A stretch of 64,000 nt of DNA, from positions 13,020,001 through 13,084,000 of the forward strand of contig JBHGNT010000011.1 in the NCBI GenBank assembly GCA_043228905.1, in the 5' to 3' direction. Every line of letters starts with the position of its first letter. The first letter of the stretch is position 1. The notes under the pieces are model-generated. The model saw only the letters and a list, made by a program, of their open reading frames with translations, was not told the DNA's origin and did no database searches. The position numbers and the translations under genes were made by a program. Shown here in pieces: positions 51,046 through 64,000 of the stretch. Source of the DNA: Azolla caroliniana (Eukaryota > Plantae > Polypodiophyta).

Positions 51046-52044
51046 TTGTTTCTGGTCACAAATTTATCTATATTACTCAATGCAGGATAACTAGCATCCT
51101 GTATAGTTTGAATTGCTCCTTGAATAGAACGATTCAGAGCACACTCTGATGCTTTTAGATGACACTAAGCAAGGAGTTTTTGATAAAAAGAAGTGCATTA
51201 TGAAGGCAACACAAGTTATGGCAGAATCTCAGATCTTGGTTTTCTTAGTAGAAAGACATTGTTGCAAAGGATCATTAAAAATAAATAGAATTTTTCTCCA
51301 TATTGTGGTTTTAATGTTACATCAAAGTAATTTTGTCTTGTCAAATCTTGTAAATTTGTCCATTGTGGGGTTTAACAATATGATATTTTACTGTATAGTT
51401 CATTAGCATTTGTACTTTAGATAAAATGTAGGGAATATTAAATTTAAATAGTTAGAAATATTTAATTCAATGTTTTGCTGAGTTGGAATATGATTGGACA
51501 TTAAACAGGTAGTGCATAGGATTCATCTAAGAGTATTAGTTGGAATGAAGAATAGTTATCTCAGTTGCTGTGAATTTATCTCAATACTTAAAATATTTTT
51601 TTATTCAAGTCCAACTTCATTAATGATTAGAGCAAACTGTGGAACACGTCGATAAAATTCGAATTCTTTTCGAGGAAGCGTGTGGCACACAGTGAATTCA
51701 TTATTTGTTTTGCTGTTCTAAAATCTGCTCAATATTTGAATGGTTTATGAATCAGATCAACTATAAATCTCCTACTTTCCTTGTGATATGATTTAATCTG
51801 TGCTTACCTACTGCTTTTCCATGAAGCCATTAAGTGGAATGATTAAAAGTTGTACTTGAAATGCTATGAATTTATCTCAGTGTTTAAAATAATTTTTACC
51901 CTAGTAATGACTTCACTAATGATTAAAGTGAATGGTGCAGCATTTACCCAAAATTCGAATTCTTTACAATGGAGTTCATGGATTCACATACAGAGATGTG
52001 AAAACAATAAGAAAAGTTTAAACTTGGCATAAGTTATTCCCTGA

Positions 52045-52270
52045 ATGATTTGGGTCTACATAACATACTTCGTAAATGATTTGGGTATACATACATACTC
52101 TGTAAATGATTTGGGTATACATACATACTCCGTAAATGATTTGGGTATACATACATACTCCGTAAATGATTTGGGTATACATACATACTCCGTAAATGAT
52201 TTGGGTATACATGCATAACATTGTAATGATTTGGGCACGCATAACCTACTTCATAAATGATTTGGGTATT
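52045..52270 (+). repeat. 30-bp minisatellite (~7 copies)
   Basis: gtaaatgatttgggtatacatacatactcc is repeated. Confidence 0.92.
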
Positions 52271-53130
52271 ACATAAAGAACAGGTTTTTCAAGGAACATG
52301 GACAAATATAATATGAATTTTTAATTGCCATTGGATGCACAAATTACAGAATTGGACTCTCCTTTGTTTGTCATCGAATATGATTACATAGCATGTTATA
52401 GCATGCCTTGAATGGTTACTGAATATATAGCATATTATATGCTTACTGAGCACTGAATGTATAGCCATCTTAAGGCTCTCTGGATACTGAACATGTAAGT
52501 GTAAGTGGAGTAACAAGATACGGAACAAGTAACTAGCAAGATACTGAACATGAAATCTCGCAAGTGCATGTTAAACATGCCTTATAAGGGAGTCCCTTCA
52601 AATTTGTCATTGTCCATCTTCTCAAACCTGATTCCTGCAAAGGAACTCAACTTTCTCTCTAACATGAAGGAGAAAATGTATGTCTTGTTAAGGTGGAGGG
52701 GGAATATGTATCTCTTCAAATTTATTCTTCTCCATCTTCCCAAACCTGATTTCTGCAAAGGAACTCAAATTTTTCTGTGATGGGAGGAAGAAAATGTATC
52801 CCTGATGTAATAATCAATTTGGGTTGTATGGATGTGTACTGAATTATCAATCATATTTGATCATACAAAGCGGTGTATAATATCGCAGAAAACTGTTTGA
52901 TGCTCTAAAGGGCTGTAAAAAATGTTAGACCAGTAACAATGTCAGGGTCTTTGAGAAATCTCTCGTCTAATCGAAGTGCTTGTCATCACATAGCCGTAAC
53001 AAATCAAGAGATCAGAGGAAGAGTATATGGCATACTACAGATAATGTTGTTACCCATTATTCCATTATTCTGTATATCAAGTGAACAGTCTCTTGATAAC
53101 ATTTTCCTGGAAAGCTTTCTCAATATACCT

Positions 53131-55215
53131 CTATTCTGTACTTTTCCGACGAGGTGGAACTCTCAATAAGGTCTTCAAACCATCGTAGGTGGCGAATCCA
53201 ATAGCTACTGAAGGCACTAACTGCACATATGTAACATTTCAAAGTTACTTTGTGAGTTGACCAAGAGATGACAACTAACCATTGGGTGGACTTGTTTTAC
53301 TTTAATATGATTTTTGTGGAGAAGTATTTTCTCATTCAATCAGATAACCTGAAATTTTTACCTTGATATAGTTTATACTTAAGCCCGCAAACAAATGTCT
53401 CGTTCCATGTGTTTGGGCTATAGAAACAAGCCCATTCATTGTGCTTGTGTAGATCTGCTTGGGAGACTCGATAGCTTGCACCTAATGAAAACAATTCCAA
53501 CGTTACTAACTTTGTTGCGTGAAAGAAGTTCAAGATCTTAGATTGTTAAATACGAAAGGTTTTACCTGCATCTGCCTCCTCACCACATCCAGAGGATAAG
53601 TGAAGGTTTGTGCAACTATTCCTGCAGTAGCTCCACAAGTAAGCTTTACTGAAATAGAATTCTGGTGCTCTTGCGGTATTGATTCTTTCAATCTCTCGTA
53701 GATATAGAATTTAAGCCCAGCATAAGGCAACATCCCATAAAGGGTAGGACCTAGTAAAATTTCACAAACAGTACGTTATTCAGCGCAATGCTTTAACACC
53801 AGAACGCATATTTTGGATTGCCATCTTTCAAAAATAAGAGGTTGATCGTATACCAAGGCCGCGATATAAGCCTCTGACACCACTTGCCTTCACAACTTTA
53901 GAGAACACATCTCCTATGCCTTTGTAGGGCACAATGGCAGTCTTTGGATCCTTCACCTGATAAATAAAAAGAAAATGAATGATAATGAAACTTCAGAAGA
54001 GAACAAAATCTCACTCTCTTCATATGATAATCAATCAACTTTTTTCTACATAACCTCAATAAATAAAGCCCTGACTCCAATGTCTAAGAAGAAGTGTGAA
54101 CAATCTTAACAAGGAATTCTTGTGACTAACACATGTTTCCTAAATTCATCAATATGCATGGCTTTCCTCTTGTGCCTTCACACATTCTTAGTATGTTATG
54201 TTCAGTGCAAGTCTCATCATGATGTATTCCTTAATCTCTGATCCTTCATAGATCTAAGGGAGTCAAAAGGTCTTATTCAATGAGGAGATGCTATCACCTG
54301 GTATGCTAATGTCGTTCGAGCAAGATCCAAAGGATACGTGCTTAAAACAGCAGTTCCTCCAGCCAATGATCCGGCAAGCAAATCCACCACAGGGCCAGGA
54401 GCAGCCGAGGATGGATAATGATCTATGATATATCTTCGATATTGCTCATATGTCATGAAATGCAGAGCCGCATATGGTACCACTCTGATCACACTAGCTC
54501 CATTCCCTCTGTCAAAGTTCAGAGAATAATCCCAAAGAATGTTAAACGGTGATATAATGATATAAGAATATATATTATACATAAATGATAAATCTCATCG
54601 TTAAACTGTAAACAGAAGTATGCTTTACTTGTAAAAGCCAATCAGTCCCTCCTTTCGGAAAATTAAGCGCACTGATTCCATGAGTCCCAACGATCGAAAA
54701 TTTGCATATTGAGTCTGCAAAACAAAGATTTCAAATCAGGCATGTTATGAGACTAGCCCAAAAAATCTAACTGGCATACATGCCTCTGAGTCAAATTAGA
54801 CATGAGATCATATTCTTTAAACAATAATATACAAAAAATCTATTAGTAAAACTGCTACCAAAGGTGAATACCAGTGTGCAAACACGAGACCATCTTCAAA
54901 CAATAACATACGAAAAAAACTCCCAAGTAAAACTGCTATCAAGGTGAATGGTGGAGTGCAAAAGAGCTACCAGATTTCTTCAACGACATAATGGTGATGT
55001 GATGCATTCATTTCAAAAATGGCATATCAGATCCCAAAAACAAAGTGTTTGTGCATTCATTCATAACATAAACTGATAGATTAGATATGTTACACCCTCC
55101 TTAAATGGAGGAATATGGCTAATCTACATGGTTAGACATAAGCCATTAAATACATATACACAGACACACACCTAGACAGAAACACATACACATACACATA
55201 CAGATACAGAGGGAA

Positions 55216-55296
<81 letters not shown>

Positions 55297-55449
55297 CTGA
55301 TAGAGTATTTTTGTGCGTTCAAGAGGGGCTACCACAGTTTTTGCAAATCCTCCTGCTGCCCCTCCTGCAATAAGCTCTTTTACATAGGTGGGGATAATGT
55401 CTATGAAACTCCCAATCTCTGCACTGTTAGCCATAGTTTGAGACGCCAT
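53131..55449 (-). CDS. Mitochondrial carrier family protein, CoA-carrier (CoAc/SLC25A16-like); exons 55449-55297, 54714-54629, 54508-54298, 53956-53854, 53750-53566, 53481-53362, 53220-53131
   Basis: Three PX[DE]XX[KR] motifs (PLERTK, PLDLAR, PLDVVR); also [40 protein letters not shown] and [14 protein letters not shown]. Confidence 0.92.
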
Positions 55450-58126
55450 CAAGAAGAAATGATGGCACCACGTTACCGAATGAAAAATGAGCAGGCTTCA
55501 AATCTTCAATTTTGGGCGATCAAATCTACGATTGACTATAGGAGTACCCCAAATCGATGGAATCTACGATGACCTGATTCGAACGAAATAATTCTATTGA
55601 CTTTAGTATGATCAGAATGGATGAATCAAATCTATCAATATTATGATGAGCCGAAATAATTGAAACCAATGGGTTTCACGCAATCTTCAAAACTCGGAGA
55701 GAGAGACAGAGAGAGATGTGTGTTTTTTAGGGCAGCTTGGTTTAATGTTCTTGCTTAATTAGTCTATTAAGGATTTGGGTCAGAGAAGATTAATCTGTAA
55801 TCATGAGAACTCTGAGAGAGAGAGAGAGAGAAGAGATGAAGGGTTTCTTGGTCTTAATTTAGTATGGCTATGTATATAATGTTCGATGGAGAGGTGTACA
55901 AGAAAAATCATGAACCATTCATTAATCGTCAAGGAATCATGAAACCCTAAGACTCTGTCTGGAAGAAAAAACCAGAAATCTTTGAAAATATATAGAGATT
56001 TGTTTTGTCTTTTGTCTTTTTTTTTCCAGACTGACTGGTTCTCCTTCTCCCTCTCTCTCTCCTTATACATATATACATCTGTATATATATATATACATAT
56101 ATTGTACAGAAAAGGGACCTCCTCTTACTCCTGATTGGACCTCCACCGTCCATGAATATACATTATACATGCATATGTATATGTATACAGTATATGTATA
56201 TGTATTATGTACGTATGCAGATGCTGATTCATATCATAATATCTATCATATGAACAGGAAACAGGGGAAGTGATCATCACCACACACACATTATTAACAA
56301 AAAAGTAAAAAATGGTTAGTTAGAATAGATTTCCTTCCTACTCTAATAATTGCCAACCTCTACAAGAAGAAGAAGAAGAAGAAGAAGAAGACGAGGAAGT
56401 TGCTTCCTTGCATGATATGGCTGGCCCCATCTTCTTCTTCTTCTTCTTCTTCTCACACATCTCCTCCACTTCCACACCCAGGGCCCCCGCCCCTCCGCTA
56501 CATTTGGCGGACCCCGGCCATCCCGGTAAATTGTGGTGTTCCTTGGACAACGCATGATACTTTGTTTCTCTCAGGTGTTGGAAATTGTCCCTCCCCCTCT
56601 CGGGCTCTTTGTTGTGGACAAGGTACGTGTACCAAGGGGTTTTTACGTTTCCTGAGCGTGGCGTGCAAAATCCATTTGTGCAATGCGTATATGGTGGGTC
56701 TACACCCCATCCATTGATACATATACTTGTACCAGTATGTTATGCAGAAAATCGGGAAAGTGTAGTGTGGACGCGTCCATGCAGCCCACACAACCCTTGT
56801 TCTCCTTTTGCTAGAGGATTGGAGTATATCAATACGATATTCCTTTTGTCGCACATATTTGGAATCTGCGCTCTCTCTCTCTCTCTCTCTCTCGACACAT
56901 GGCCCATTTTGTTGTGTCTTGGAATTATAGATAATTCGGATTGTTTAGTATCTGTTGGAACACATGTCGAGCAATGCTTGTTTTCTGACCACTCAAAAAA
57001 CTAAACCATGAGTGTAAGGCTTTTCTCGACCACTAAAAAATAAAATCACCACAATCCAACCTTTGTGGAAATCATTAACGAGTCCTTAATCATAACGTGT
57101 AGTGCGATGAATAAAGACAACATGTCATGCCTACGCACCTAGATATAATCATTACCTCATTATTCTCTATTGCATAGATACTTCAAAGCCGTGTCTTATT
57201 GGACCTTTTTAATATCCAAGCATTGCATGTAACATCTATTACAATAAGATGTACGCATTACCTCAAGTTATTGCACATATTATAAAAAGCTTTTACAAGT
57301 CTAGATTGCAAGGCCGCGTATTCACACAAACACACTATTGTCGTACTCCACCTTCAAACCACATGTGGGCTTATTTTCTTTGCATTTACAACCAGATCAC
57401 ACCTTTCTTGCTTTGCTTAGTTATAATGCACTCTTAATTGCAACACTTATTGAAATTCTTGATCAATTATATATTCTACACATCTTACGTGACAATGTTT
57501 CACTTTGGTTCCATAGATCATATTTGACTCGCAATGATGAGAACTCTCTCTCTCTCTCTCTCTCTCATACACACACACACACACACACAAGCCTTTTTTG
57601 CAACGCTAATGTATCATGAGTAAATAATGTGGAGGCTTGTGCTTCACACATTATATTACACATGTTGCAGAAACCACATACATTAATACATGTTAGAGCT
57701 CATCCCATTGTTTGCCATCCAAACCATTACTTTTATATGACTTAGCTCACACTCACTATGATGTAAGACAAGGCATTAAGGAAGAGTGATGAGAATACTT
57801 GACTATGCATGTTTTGCCCTAAACAAGTTTACAATATTGAGTATCGCACTTTGATACAAGGCCTTGCATTTGATAACATTAGACTATGCTTTCCACACAT
57901 CTACCACCAAACCCAATCCTTGCACAAATTTCTCCCACAATCACAAGGTACACTTGTTGTTGCATCCTTGTACAATTTTCTCTCACAATCACAGTGTACA
58001 CTCTTGGTTGCGACATTCATTATTGAAGTTCTTGAGCATTGAGAATTGCTACTCACTTTCATGTGTTATGTGAAAATGTTATCTTTTTTGTCTCATTTGT
58101 CATATTTGACCTCCAAAGATGATGAT

Positions 58127-58174
<48 letters not shown>

Positions 58175-60099
58175 TCTCTGGTCCCATAGGTCAAAATTGG
58201 CCTCTTTATGGACGATAAAAATTCTATTTCTCTCTACTTATGAGTGTATTAGATAAATTTTCCATTATGCTTGTGGAGGCTCAAAAGGGTAAAGCATGCA
58301 TTATGTAAAATAATGGGCCGTTTTGGAACAGAATGAAACGTGGAATGACTTGGGGTTCCAATGAAACTTTGAATAACTTGGCCTTGGGGCCCTCACCAAC
58401 TATAGAAGGATTGAATGTGTTATATCCTTGTTTTTAGGGCTTGCTATTTATTTTGAGAACATAAAAACTTTGAATGCTCTATGGATGGGCAAAAACATAA
58501 GTCCACGTAGAAAGACTTTGAAAATATCCAAAAGCACTTTCTTATCAAGTTTTTTCAAGTAGCTATGGGCTCGATATTTGCCCCTACTTCTTAAGAGTGG
58601 ATCACTTCTCATTAGATCATGGCCATGGAGTGGGTTGTTGAGTACATGCTTAAGGGTAAAATGAACCCTCATTTTGACTTCTTAGAATCACATGGGAAGA
58701 GAATAAAAAGATTAAAAAGGCATATAAAAGCAAAAATTTGGGGAATTTATGAGACCACTCATTGATAATGCAAATTGCTATCCCAAATGAGTCTTGAGTT
58801 TGAGCATCATACTCTGATACAATGCTCCTTCAACCATATTCAAGTTTGCTTTCCACACGTTGTCCAATTCGCCCACACCCTACACATTTTTTTCTCAATC
58901 ACAATGTGCACTCTCAATTGCAACATTAGTTAGTAAAATTCTTGAGCATCAAGTGCCACATACTAAGTGAAAATATTTCACATTCCGAGAACAAGAGTAA
59001 AATCGCTCCCTCTAGAATTTGCTTAAACCCATTTCGTAGATCTTATTTGAACTCTTGTGGACAAATGGGAAGAAGGTCCTTGAACAAGTAGGGATGCATG
59101 ACTTATAGACTAATTCATGTTCTATGAATATGTTTTTAGAATTGCAACATATGAATAAGATTTTACACTTCTTGAAACTTGGGAATATGATAGTCAAATC
59201 ATTTAATGTTTGGAGAAATATACTACACTCCTTGATAAGGGGAAACAATCAGAGAGAACAAAGAGGCAAAAAAGGTTGACATGTTTGATCGAGAGAGGAT
59301 CGGAAGACTTCATCTCTATATGTGAAAAATGATGAGTATAAATTAGATATGGCTTAAAATAATAACACAAAATTACATTTATGGTCATTTTTCTATGGGT
59401 GAAAGCGATTACGATCAATGTTGAAGTTACTTTTGCAAATGTCCAATAGTTACAAATGCTTGTTACATGATTTTATATGTAGAAAACATAACGAAGACAT
59501 TGTGATTGAATGAATATATGTTATTGGACCACACACATAAATTTTCACATGAACATAGAATGAGATCATGGGACTTAACTAATCTTAAATGCATGGAAGG
59601 ATTTGAGTCCATGGAGTTAAACCACCATCCAAGACAAGTATATTTGTGCGCAAACCTTAAAAGAGCACACATATATGGCAAGATGGTGTAGTATATGTTA
59701 TAAATTTTTTTTTTTCAAAATAGTGCAATATAAAATGTAAATAGGAAGCTTTCAAGAAAGTCATTTTCTAGTACAGAACAAATATCTTTTTAGTTAAGAA
59801 GAAGTCTTGCGATGGTACCATTAGATAAGAAAGCCCACCAAAAGTATCCACAAGACTACATACATACAAAAGACTTATTCAATGAAAGAGAAGAATATGG
59901 AAAGTCCATTGGCAATTTCTCCACACCCAAGATATAATAGATACATGTGGTAAATATTAGAGAAATCCTCAAAGGAAACATCTTAAAAATTACGTTAATT
60001 TAAGTATGCATTTATATCTACTATAAGAACTTGTATGAACCAAATGGGGGCAAAATATTGTATTATGGTTCTTTCACACGTACCTTTCTACTTTATTAT

Positions 60100-61140
60100 G
60101 GAGGATGCATGCACAAGGCTTAAGACATTGGTCTTTCACAAGGTAGGCGTCCTTAAAGTATAAACACCAAAATGCTCAAATGGATTATAAAAGAAGCAAA
60201 TCTAAGGATAAGTAATATGTTTAATTGTGCATTGCAACATGGTATGCCTCATGATTAGAGTACAAATAGGAACAAACTTGTACATAAAGGGGGTGATTTA
60301 AATAAATGTAAACAAGTATTACACAACCATAGTTAGCTCTCTTATGGCAAAGCTATTTGGATGTATCATGGAAGCTAAGTTAATAGAATAGGTTGAAAAG
60401 AATGTTATGAGGGCTTACAAACACTAACACACTATTATCAATCACCTTGTTACTATTCAAGCAAGTATTACAACAAGAATGTTATTTGAAAGGCAACCTA
60501 ATTATATTACAGTTTAGATAGACTTCAAGAAAGTTTTTGATATGCTGTTGTGTGAACATATTTGTAGACACATGAAAGAATTCAAGGCACTGAGTGAGTA
60601 TATGCTTGCAATTTCTCGAAACTATGAGAAGACAATTTGCCATGTATGTATAGGAGATGGAACTTCATATTTCTTCGATGGAAATATTAGAGTTAATCAA
60701 GGATCCCCACTATCATTAACTGTGTTTCATTTATGCATTGGTAAATTAGAACAAATGGTTAACACATTTATAAAGAAAGACGACGGCAAAAAAGTTACCA
60801 TTGGGAATATAGTTATATGTTCTTTAGAGGATGTCGAAAAGGTTAAGAGTGCGTTGTGAAGCTTTTGTATGCATAGTAAGCTAAATGTCAATAGCTCTAT
60901 AATCATGCATTGTGTACAAAAATTAGATAGTTAAAACCACTGAAAGCTTCAATGATCTTATGCTTGAAGCTTTGTCCAATAATGCATTGATTAATGTTAG
61001 AAGCGAGAAATGGGTCTTACAATGCATTGGAAAGCATACACAATGGTGGAGAAATCAAATGTTAGGTTCTCGAGAAATACCTCTTTGGCTCATTGGTAAC
61101 AACAATGCTTCTCTCTATGGGGTCCAAGTATGAGGTGCCA
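60100..61140 (+). mobile_element. Degenerate LINE reverse transcriptase remnant
   Basis: Decayed HKGGD, IDFKKVFD, NQGSPLS (QGCPLSP-like) and LYGVQV motifs with many stops. Confidence 0.75.
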
Positions 61141-63095
61141 TATATTGTATGAAAAGTTTCATTTTTGGTCTATAGATGATATTTGATATTTGAGGATGAT
61201 AGTAAAATCTATTTGTTAGCGTAGTAGTTTATAGTGGTAGTCTTTGGTGATCAAGAGAGAACCCACATGTGATTCCCACATGGGCTTGGTTCCATCCTAG
61301 AGATTGTATTATGTTAAAATGCCTACCTCCCTCTTAAGATTAATTCATAAAGTGATTGTATTATTAATTATGTCATTAAAGCAATGAACTTAAAATAGAT
61401 GAAATTGAAACATAAGCATCATTTTAGAAATACAAGAGAGAGTGTCTCACATAAGAGAATACTGTGCGAAATAATAGATTGCATGTAAAACTATATTTGA
61501 ATTGTATAATTTGTTTCAAGTGCATGTATTTAACATAGTTTGCTCACTGATATAATATAGTCAACTTACCACGTGAGATTAGAGAGAGAGAGGTCTCTAA
61601 TATCTATTGTGTGTATGTTTCCGCGTACTTGTGTACGTGTTTGCACATATGACATTGAAGGCTTAGTTTTTGCGAAGGACTTTTTGTGTTTCCTTGTTTG
61701 ACTGAATTCTACAACTTGTAAGTCAACTTTATGCTTAGATACCTTCAATTGCATATAAAATAATATTTGACTTTCTATCCTCATGTTTTCTCAATTGGTG
61801 GTGTTTTTTCCTAGCACGGTTACAATTCCATTTATGTATAAACCGAAAAACACGTGCATTTAAAGTCTCAATTTTAGAAGGCGTTTACGAATCATAGATT
61901 TTTTCCATAAAGAGGATATACTTGTGCAAAACTAAAACATTATTGAATTAACAAATGATTTTCTAGTTTTCAATATCAATATCAATTCCTTCCATTTCTT
62001 TGGTCAATGCTTATGTCATCTATTGTGTAAAAATAACGGGAGCCATGTGTTTCTTAGGATGATGCTTATTCATCAGTGATCACTATGAAAGTCTATGATG
62101 ATCATTCTAATCATATCATATTCTTCCAATATTTGATAAATTGTCATACAAAATCTATTGTTACTTCTGAAAATGGTTAGTTAGGCCATTATATCATATT
62201 CGGGTGTTCAACGCAAATACTTTGTTCATTTTTTAGATATCCATTGTTTATTAAATAAAGTTCATTATATAATAAAACATAGACCAAGCATGTTGACATA
62301 AAAATACATCCAAACGGCACAACCTTGGAATTCATAAAATTAATTTAATGAGACATTTGTCTTGCTCGATTGTGATATGGCACATCAAAGATTTTTCTAG
62401 TGATAAACATAACTTCACATTTGCATGCAACAAGTTGTAGAAGGTTACTTGCAAGTTGCAGTAGGTTACTTGCAACAAGTTGTGGTAGGCCAAAACATGT
62501 GTTGCACATTACAAACAAACTGAAAAACAAGTAAGGTATATAAAACATTAGCCTCATTTGTCAATGGCAAGATTAGTTAGAAAAGTTCTTGTATATATGT
62601 ATAGGTATGTTAATGGCATATACAATAGACATTTTGTTAAGTGCGCACTTTGAACACAAGGAAGAAGTGTGCACTTAACCGAGTTGCGCACTTAGGGGTT
62701 TTCTAAAACATTTTAGGGTTTTTTGGAAATTTTTAGGGTTTTTTGAAATATTTTCCTTCTGTGCTCTAATCATACAATTCTTGATAAGAAAAGTGATCAA
62801 TTTACGTGATATAATTGACCTGAAACGTTTCTGGTTTCAGCATACATACTCTTTACTTTCTTTCTCGATTCTAGATTACCTTTAGTTTTCGCCTTTTTGC
62901 TACGTTTGAGGAATACATCCATTACGCATCAAAACTAATGAACTTCCTTGGATGTGATGAGTTTTTTCTTGCGTTTTCTTCCTAGTGGCGGTAGGTTTGA
63001 GGAATCGAAGTGCAGATGGAGGAGATAGGAAAAGAGAGTGGAGGAGCAATGGACAAATCACAGGCTGCAACTTCTATCATCTTGAGAATAAACAA

Positions 63096-63467
63096 TGTAG
63101 AAAGTAGCGTGCAGAAGCAAGTATGAAGACCGAATAGAAGAGAGGAAACTCAGGTTTAATGGAGAGCTTGAGCTTACACGGTATACGCAGGAGAGACAGA
63201 GAGAAACACAAAAAAACTATGTTCAACAATAATACTCGATCTGTACATAAGACGTGCTTCAGTGAACACTTTTATACAAGTCCTAGAAGGACTGACCGAC
63301 GTACTGACAGTACTTCAATGCTCATTAAGAGCTCCTACACTAACTCCCAAATATATTCCTCACGGAATATCTTTCCTAACGGCCTCCCGGTTTACGCACT
63401 CGGCCTAACCAATCCGGTCCTCGGCTTCTTCAGCCGATCCAGCCGATGTTGAGCTTGTCTCTCAACA
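63096..63467 (-). mobile_element. Intact solo LTR (372 bp), TSD AACAA
   Basis: TG...CA ends; AACAA at 63091-63095 and 63468-63472; same family as 1329-3993. Confidence 0.92.
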
Positions 63468-63592
63468 AACAAGATGCACATAAAGAGAGAGAGAGAGAGA
63501 GAGAGAGTCTTTCTTCATGCAGGAAAAGAGCACGCATGCACGTGGCACAAGCACACACAGAAAGAGGACAATAGACGGAAGTTTTGTTGCAC

Positions 63593-63961
63593 ATGGTCCG
63601 TTTCATTGAGTTTGCTTCATGTCTCATCACAAAAGCAGACCCTTCTCCGGCTCTCTCGGAGTCTTCGGCGTAGTGCGATCGCTGCCGATTTCCCTTGTCG
63701 GTATGTCCGGAGCCGTTTTCGGAACCGGTTCTCTCCGAATCGGCGCGCTTCTTCCAGCACTCACTTTCCCTGTGGCCTTTCTTGCCATAGTACTAGCACT
63801 CTGCGATGGTCTTCCCTTGCCGGTTCTCATCGCTTCGACTCCCCCTGTTTCCGGAGGGTCCGGAGTTGCTGTCGGCATCACTTCGGTGCCTTCTTCCTTG
63901 ATCTCGTCGGCCGCCTCCATTGCGCGCCAACTCGCCTCCTTGATCTTCGAGGTATAGTCTG
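63593..63961 (-). pseudogene. Copia gag remnant (zinc-knuckle region), same family as 11410-12507
   Basis: The minus strand reads EC*YYGKKGHRESECWKKRAD..AFVMRHEANSMKRT, parallel to CWYCGKKGHRESEC*KKRAD..AFVMKHKANSMKKT. Confidence 0.8.
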
Positions 63962-64000
63962 TGTTGAGAGACAAGCTCAACATCGGCCGTATCGGCTGAA
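63962..64000 (+). mobile_element. Start of a third LTR of the same family (runs off the window)
   Basis: TGTTGAGAGACAAGCTCAACATCGGC is identical to the LTR termini at 3993 and 63467 (minus strand). Confidence 0.85.

Noticed and set aside
56338-57004. Several overlapping 70-139-aa ORFs upstream of the carrier gene
   Set aside because: No recognisable domain or consistent splice structure; they are partly driven by microsatellites.
62690-62745. TTTAGGG motifs as interstitial telomere repeats
   Set aside because: Only two or three non-contiguous copies are present, probably within an unclassified repeat end.

Overview
Eukaryotic land-plant genomic DNA. A fern-like origin is inferred from the PLS-type PPR gene and the TE complement, but is not proven. 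Positions 1-17.2 kb are a nest of degraded LTR retrotransposons: Ty1/Copia, a Ty3/Gypsy integrase remnant, solo LTRs with readable TSDs, and a LINE fragment. Positions 18-55.5 kb hold six host genes: a NERD-like PHD/SWIB/Plus3/GYF gene with a U12 AT-AC intron, a TMEM161-like gene, a PLS-class PPR gene, a TMEM62-like metallophosphoesterase, 3-isopropylmalate dehydrogenase and a CoA-carrier-like mitochondrial carrier. More LINE and LTR debris follows to the window end. The most notable feature is a 3.5-kb non-coding insertion (5444-8948) that splits a Copia LTR. It is a ~1.5-mer of a 2283-bp unit, and each unit carries a TATA box followed by a type I hammerhead ribozyme with a palindromic minimal stem III. 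This points to a candidate non-autonomous, ribozyme-containing (Penelope-like or retrozyme-like) retroelement that could produce a 2283-nt self-cleaved, possibly circular RNA. Exon boundaries were read by eye and may be off by a few bases.
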